Assembly: GCF_009914755.1 (NCBI RefSeq)
Contig: NC_060927.1
Origin: the human T2T-CHM13v2.0 reference genome, Homo sapiens
Length of the DNA: 64,000 nucleotides
Direction: 5' to 3' (one strand)
Shown here: positions 57,216-64,000 of the stretch, piece after piece
Layout of the letters: every line of letters starts with the position of its first letter
Position numbering within the stretch: position 1 is the first letter of the stretch
Notes under the pieces: generated by a model
What the model saw: only the letters and a program-made list of their open reading frames with translations
What the model was told of the DNA's origin: nothing
Database searches by the model: none
Program-made: the position numbers and the translations under genes

Positions 57216-58518
57216 AAAATATATATATTTTAAATGCATCCGTTTACTTCTACATGTTGTGGCAGAAGTATTTGCCTGCCAAAGGCTTCTAAATCCTACT
57301 TGAATGCTGAAGTCTCTCTTAGATAAAGCTGGTTAGGCTGCTCTCCTGCTCAAATTATACTTTCCCATTGGCTTCTGGATTAATCTTACCTTAGCACTCA
57401 TGGCTCTTTGTGATCTCTATTTACCTGTTCAGCTTAACCCCATGCTTTTATCCTGTAACTGACTCTGGCAATACCATGTTTCCCATACTTTCCCAACCGC
57501 TGCATATTCTCCCAGGCCAGGAAGATTTTGTCTTCTAGAGTGTTTTAGTCTGAAATGCCTTTCCCTGGTTTCACACCTTACAAACATCTATTAATCCTTC
57601 AAATTCCAACTCAAATGTTACGTTCTTTGAAGCAGGCTTGGGTATCCCATTTCTTGTGCTTCCCCACTGCCATGTACTTCTGTATATGCAAATTTATGAC
57701 TTCTCTTTCCAGTCTGTGAGCTCCCTGAGGAAGAATTGGGCCTCATTCATGTCTGCATCATCAGCACCCAGGGCCACACCTAACATCCAGTAGACATTTA
57801 GTAGGGGAGGGAAAGAGGGAGAGAGAGAGAGAACGAAAGCAGGAAGAGAGAAGGAAGAAGAGAAGGCAGACAGAGTCAGATAAAGAAGGAAAAACAGAAA
57901 AAGAGAGAGAGAGAAAATGATGGAAGCCATTCTTAGAAGTTTGTTCCACTTAAATCCAGAGGTCATTATGATTAGGAATGGTTCCAGCCCCAGCCCTGTC
58001 CATGGGGAGACATTTCCAGCAGTCTTTCTCCTCTGGAGCCAGGGCTTGCCCATGCCTGCTATTTGCAGAGGGAGTCTGCTCCCAGACACTGGGCAGTGCA
58101 CCTCTCTTGTGAGCCTGTGAGCCAATCTGCCATCATGGTCCCTATGTGCTTTATTTGGACTAGCTGGACAAGCTGGGACTTGCTCATGGGCTGGGAACTT
58201 CTGCAAATAGTGTGTGAATCCCAGAATGGAAGAGCTATGGCTTGTTGAAGAGGTGGGGCGTGGCAGGGGTTTCTGAGCTCTCCTTGAAGAGAGAAACTAG
58301 ACCTACAGAAGCAGAGCAGAATCAGCTTGATTCTCTTCTAACAGCTTAGGTCTTATAACCAGTTTCCAAGAACCACAGGTCCCAAATAGCATCCCCAGAG
58401 TCTACCTTCCTTTTTATATAGAATGCTTTAGGAGGAATATCTGCAGTCCTAGAAAAGCAAACAAAATTAAACAAAAATAACCTGCCAGAGGCTAAGGGTC
58501 CCCAACCCTTTTGGATTC

Positions 58519-58965
58519 TGTCTTAGTTCATTTTGAGTTGTTATAACAAAATACAAAAGGCTGTGTAATTTATAAGGAAAAGAGGTTTCTTAGCTCACAG
58601 TTCTGTGGGCTGGGAATTTCAAGGGGCATGGCACTGGCATCTGCTCAGCTTCTAGGGAGGGTTTTTGTGCTGTGCCATAACATGGTGGAGAAAGTCAAAG
58701 GGGATGCAGACACATGAGAAGGAGCAAAACCTGAGTGGGGGGTCTTACGGGAGACTCCTGTAGGAACTCATCCATTCCCTGAGAACTAATCCAGTCTCAC
58801 CAGAGCAAGAACTCACTACTGCCAGAATGGCACCATGCCATTCATAAAGGACCTGCCCCCATGACCCAAACATCTCCCATCAGGCCTCACCTCCCAATAT
58901 GTTTCCATTGAGAATCAAATTTCAATATGAGTTTTGGTGGGGATGAACCTTCTCCAAACCATAGT
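58519..58965 (-). mobile_element. MST(B)-like LTR
   Basis: 'tgtcttagttcattt..gctcacagttctg..ggcatctgctcagcttct..ccccatgacccaaacatctccca..ccaaaccatag'. Confidence 0.85.
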
Positions 58966-60031
58966 AGATCCACTGTGAGATCTAAATGTGCAGGGTCTCA
59001 ATACAGCCAGGGTTTATGTTTGAGGATGATTCTCTTTCTTGTCACCTTGGTGAGTACCTGACCAGACTCCAACCCTTCTTATGGGGAGCTGAGTCCTCAG
59101 AGCTGTTGGTGGCTGCTCACCTGTACTTGGGCCTGAATGCCAGTGGGGAGCTCACACTTACCACATTTGGTTCGCTCTCATTGTCCTGGAGGCTGTTGGT
59201 GGGACAAGCTCAGGATATAGATGGGAAGAGGTATGAATTTCTTCTTTTCTTCAATTATGATTTTGATTGTGTTGAAGTCTTCTGATTCAGGACCTTACAT
59301 AACTTTCTGTGTGTTAAGTGACTTTTTCAGTGACAAATTCATAGAATTGATTATAAACCAGGAATATTTGAACTGGAAAAACCAGAGGCCACCAGCACTA
59401 ACCCATCATTTTACAGAAACTCAGAGAGGTTTGGTGGTGGTGGAGGGGGGCACTAACTCAAAGTCACAAGGTAAGTGGAAGTAGGGCTTAGTGGGTAGAG
59501 GGGAGAGGACAGAACTAAGTGGTAGAAATTTTAACATGTTGATTAGAAGTCCCTTAACTTTCCTAACCCATTTCTTTCCACCCTGTCACGAAAAATTTGG
59601 TGTGGTAGTGGGAGGCCTTAGGCAAGCTATTGACTGTTTTCTCAGGAATTGAGGGTGTGGGAGTTTTGATCTTTAGGGTTCTTGGTCGATCTGTAGGCTT
59701 AAAATCAGCTTGTAGTCTCAGATCTTCTATTAACTGGTTTCATTACTTAGGGCAAGTCATTTTACTTATACAGGTCTCAGTTTCCTCTCCTACAAAATGG
59801 GTATGTTTGGACTTGAAGGCTCTCCAGCTATGAGATGCTAAGATGAGAAAGAACATCTTGGCAGGGGACTGTTAACTCTAGGACTGAGACTAGGAGGAGG
59901 TACCTGTAAGACCCTGAGAATGACTGTCTCCTTAAAGGTTGCTCCTAGGGACCTATCCTGCCTCACCCTATTCCAGTCTCATCAACTCTCCCCTTGATGG
60001 TTGACATTCTCAAGGTTCACCTCTAAGTCTC

Positions 60032-60507
60032 TCTATGAGTTTCCTAGGGCCGCCTTAACAAATTATGCAAACATGGTGGCTTAAAACAAGAGAAATTAAT
60101 TTTCTCACAGTTCTGTAGGTTAGAAGTCTGAAATCAAGATATTGGCAGGGTTGGTTCCTGCTGGATGCTCTGAAGGAGAATCTGTTCCAAGCCTCCTTCC
60201 CAGCTTCTGGTGGCTCCAGCAATCCATGGTGTTTTTTGGCTCGTAGATGCATCCTGCATTCTCTACCTGTCTCTTCACATTGCTTTCCCTTCTGTGTATC
60301 TCTGCATGTCAAATCTCTCTCTACTTTCTCTTATAAAGACACCAATCTTTGGATTTAAGTCCCACTCTAAATCTAAGATGATCTCATCCTAAGATCTTTA
60401 ACTTAGTTTTATCTGCAAAAACCCTATTTCCAAAAAAGTCACAATAACAGGTACTGGGGGTTAGGACTTGAACATATCTTTTTAGGGGACACTATTCAAC
60501 CACTACG
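60032..60507 (-). mobile_element. MLT1C-like LTR
   Basis: 'gtttcctagggccgcc..ggcttaaaacaa..agaagtctgaaatcaag..gggttaggacttgaacatatcttttt'. Confidence 0.85.
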
Positions 60508-63500
60508 GTCTCAAATTCCACCATTCATTCAACAAAACTTATTGAATGCTCACAGCATACCAGGATCTGCACTAGGTTCTGTCCTAGAGTGGTAAGTCCT
60601 ACTCAGTCTCTTTCCTATAGAGGATAAAAGGAGACACATACATATGCAACTACAGAACTGCATGTTAAGTGCAATGGTTGAGAGATACAGAGATTTTTTT
60701 TCAGGAGCTCAGAGGCAAGACAACCAGCCCAGTGCAGATAAATAAGGAAGGCCTGATACATAGCTGAGTAAGATTTAGGCTACCAGGAGTACAAGGTACA
60801 GGGGCCAGAGGGCTACACAATCCTAACTGAATGGATAGCACAAGCAATTGGATGATCAAAAGCAAGAGGAGATAAGGGATCTCTGTGTCTTTCCCCTTGG
60901 CTTCAGATGTCTTCCTGTTCCTTGATATTTCATTGGAATCAGCTCTACTCCTAGTTCCACTACTACTGTCTCCTCTTGCTCTTCCCCCTGCTGTGAGAGA
61001 GTAGAGTTTGCAACAGCTGTTAGGCACAGACTTGACTTTCAGGTTGTACAACGGTGATGTTGAACAGTGCAGGCTTCTCCTCAGTAGCAGGATAAATGCA
61101 CCCCTGGTAAAGAAGATGTATTCGTGCACTTTGATTCTTTTCTTTTTTTTTTTTTTTTTTTTTGGAGAACACAATTAATGATGCTCATTGAGGTGAACTG
61201 GAATTGATGGATGATCAGTCCTCCTCTCACTCTGGGTTGAAGCCCTATTGAAGGCCCCAGAGACACTGCTGGTGAGCTCAAGTCTTCCCAATGCATGGAA
61301 AGGGCTGTCCCCAAAAGAGCTGGGAGGGTTCATCTGGCCACACATATCCTCAAGGGCTCACGGTCTTTCACTGATTGGGGTAAGACCTCTTTCCTCCAAG
61401 GACCATGCCAAAATGCACATGTGTATGCAAGGGAGGGACAGGATAACCTAGGGCAGTCACTAATCCTAGGATGGCAAACAAGCAGCACTTATAATGCCAT
61501 TGTCCCTGGAGGGCTCAGGGCAGACATTGTGAATCAATCCTTGCACCCTTGCTTGCTGAGCTAAGCTCTGGCCACAGTCCTTCTCAAATGAGCATTCTAA
61601 GAACCCCCTGCCAATCAATCACAGTTGGCAGCAGAAATGAAATCCATTTGCCATCTTTGCATTAATCTTTTATCAGAGATTAATTTGTTCAATTAGTCAT
61701 AGATTTTCAACAACAATAATGCTTTGCCTGGCAGAGACCAGGGTCCCAGGGGAATGGGTTGCAGAGGGGAATTTTTCATTATCTTGATGTGTCATTGAGG
61801 AAATGAGCAAGAAGTCTGGAAATTTATAAGCTGTGTGTGATAGAATTGGTCATGAAGGGCCCTGTCAGGCCTCTCCAGGCTTGGAGTGGCCCTCATATTT
61901 CCCCTGTTCTGCAGTTCTGTCTAGCTGTTGAAAAGTTTATATACTTTTTATTCCATCACAGCACAAACACAGTTCTGGCATTTTTCTCCATATTGTACTT
62001 CGTGTTCCCAGACTACGGTGTTTTATGTTCTGTTGCCATCAATTATTAAATACTCGTATCCTTTGAAATTTCAGGGCTTTCTCTGAGATGTAACAAGAGA
62101 GGATATGGGGAGAAGCACATGCCTTCCTGCCCCCTTTTGCCCCCAAATGATAAAGTTTAAGAGTGCTGGACCTTGATCATGGAGGGATGACCAAGCAAGA
62201 TGATTCAGGATGCGGTGGCGACCACCTTGTGAATGTGTCTGTGTGTGTTGTGGGGGCAGCCAATCACAGTCACTCAGCCCTGTGAGTGTGTGTCTGGAAG
62301 GCTAGTGGGAGTGGGGGAAGATTATTTTTATGAGAGATTAAGGAGTTTCCTGGGAAGAGGGAGTCAGACAGGACTTAGGCTCAGGAAAAAAACCACTGTC
62401 TTCATAGGGGTTGTCACTTGGACTTGCCCACAGCTCAGTGTCCTGTGGACACATATAAGACCCAGGGTACAGATGAAAGGTACAGATGAAAGGATATTTT
62501 TTAATGAAGACCTTGATAGACCTTTGGCGTAGGAGCCACCTCATTTTGGCACCAGATGATAGAGCTTCCCATGAGAGAGGAGGCCGAGGAAGAGGAACAT
62601 TTCCTCCCTCTAGGCACAGAATGCAGTGTGGCTTCAGTTCTCATAGGCTCCAGATGCTCTAGTCCCAGTTTGGCAACTTCAGGATTCCAGAGCATTGGAC
62701 ATTGCTGTGGGGGTGGAGGTAGGAAATGATGAGGGTGATTGCACCTGGATGCCACTGTGCTTGGAGATAGCCAAGTTGATAGTCCTAGAAAATAAAGAAT
62801 AGCAGAGGAGGGGAATGACTGCTGCTATATGATCAGTCATAGGACATGTTCACAAACACATGTGAGACACATCTGAGGACTCCCAGAAATAACTGGGGGG
62901 TGGGGGTGGGGGTTGGTCAGAGACAGTTATCAGGGAGCGACATCTATTTATTCTGATGTCTTCTTCCCACACTGGACTTGCCCTCTTTGAGGACATAAAC
63001 TTCACCTACCATAGGTTTTGCATAAACAATTCTTACATGAATAAATGGACACTTGTGCAGTGCAGCACTTGCTCATAAATATTCTCCCAGTGCAACTTTG
63101 CATCCCTTCTGGGAATCAGATATGTCCCTCTCCATTTATAGAGACAGTCTGGAATGGTGGAAAGAATCCAGACTTGGGGCCAACAGAGCTGAGTTAGCAG
63201 TTATTATGAGTCACTTGACATCTTGATTAAGAAAGGTAAGATATTTAGAGTGCACCCGGCATTAATAGAATAGGATGGTGATCCGTTAATGGCAGAAAAA
63301 TGAACAATCTGTGATTATTCATCTAGTTAGATTGGGCACAGATTTGAACAGATTCTTTTCACTCTAAATTCAGTTTTGTCTTCTCCCCACTCCTCCCACC
63401 CTTCACTGCATTGGCAAGAAGCAGTGGCAATGTGGAAACTGTTGTGGCCATTGGGTGTTCAGAGGTCTGGGGCCAGATGGAGGGGTGGGGACCCACGCTT

Positions 63501-64000
63501 CAGTTCCCAGCTGGCCTGGGACCTCAGCCACAGGCAAGTATCTTTCAAGAGAGTCTGAAGGTCTAAGGCTGCCTCTAAATCCTGGGGCTGGACTCACCAG
63601 CTCTTAGACCCAGCACAACGGGTCGGCTGCTGGAGGTGTCAGAGACCAGGGAAGGTCAAGCTGGAAGTTTGAGGCCAACCAGGAAAATGGCTGGCTGGCC
63701 TCTCCCTGGGGTTTTCAAAAGCTCCAGTAGTGTCATTTGTTAGAATGAAGAGTTCTGCAGCAAGTGAAGGGAGGCTGTGTGCTGTTTGCAATGAGAACAC
63801 GTCCACCCTGACCCAGCACTCCACAGGCTCACTGCAAGAAGCCCAGGTTCCGGTGGAATCTCTTGGAACAAGCGAAAATCATTTTTACAATTTTCAAAAA
63901 CATGTTTTTACAGAAATAACACGAGCATAGTTGAACAATTCAAACAGTGTGGCCTGGCTTTGGCTTATGATGAACAACAGCCATCCCCTCCTTCCCACCC

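Noticed and set aside
61138-61163. Poly(T) tract as the tail of a processed pseudogene
   Set aside because: No recognisable gene or Alu body, polyadenylation signal or TSD next to it.

Overview
Primate genomic DNA, human-like: it carries AluY/S/J, L1PA, THE1/MST/MLT1, MER and MIR/L2 repeats. The only protein-coding gene I can support is the 5' end of KY (kyphoscoliosis peptidase, a muscle transglutaminase-like protein) on the minus strand. Coding exon 1 (4313-4178) lies in a CpG island and splices GT-AG, in frame, to a 63-nt exon 2 (850-788); the gene continues off the left edge. The other ~59 kb is upstream/intergenic and repeat-rich, and the short ORFs there come from repeats or low complexity. 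I found no convincing new biological system. The most unusual signals are: (1) an inverted ~135-bp copy of nearby flanking DNA embedded in an L1 ORF2, and a second templated junction in the same L1; (2) two short local dispersed duplications; (3) an internally duplicated Alu inside a heavily invaded Charlie1 element; (4) a telomere-variant G-quadruplex; (5) an in-frame upstream ATG that could extend KY by 59 residues; (6) MEF2/CArG muscle-type motifs upstream of KY. Repeat subfamily calls are from recalled consensus sequences and are approximate, as are repeat boundaries without a stated target-site duplication (TSD).
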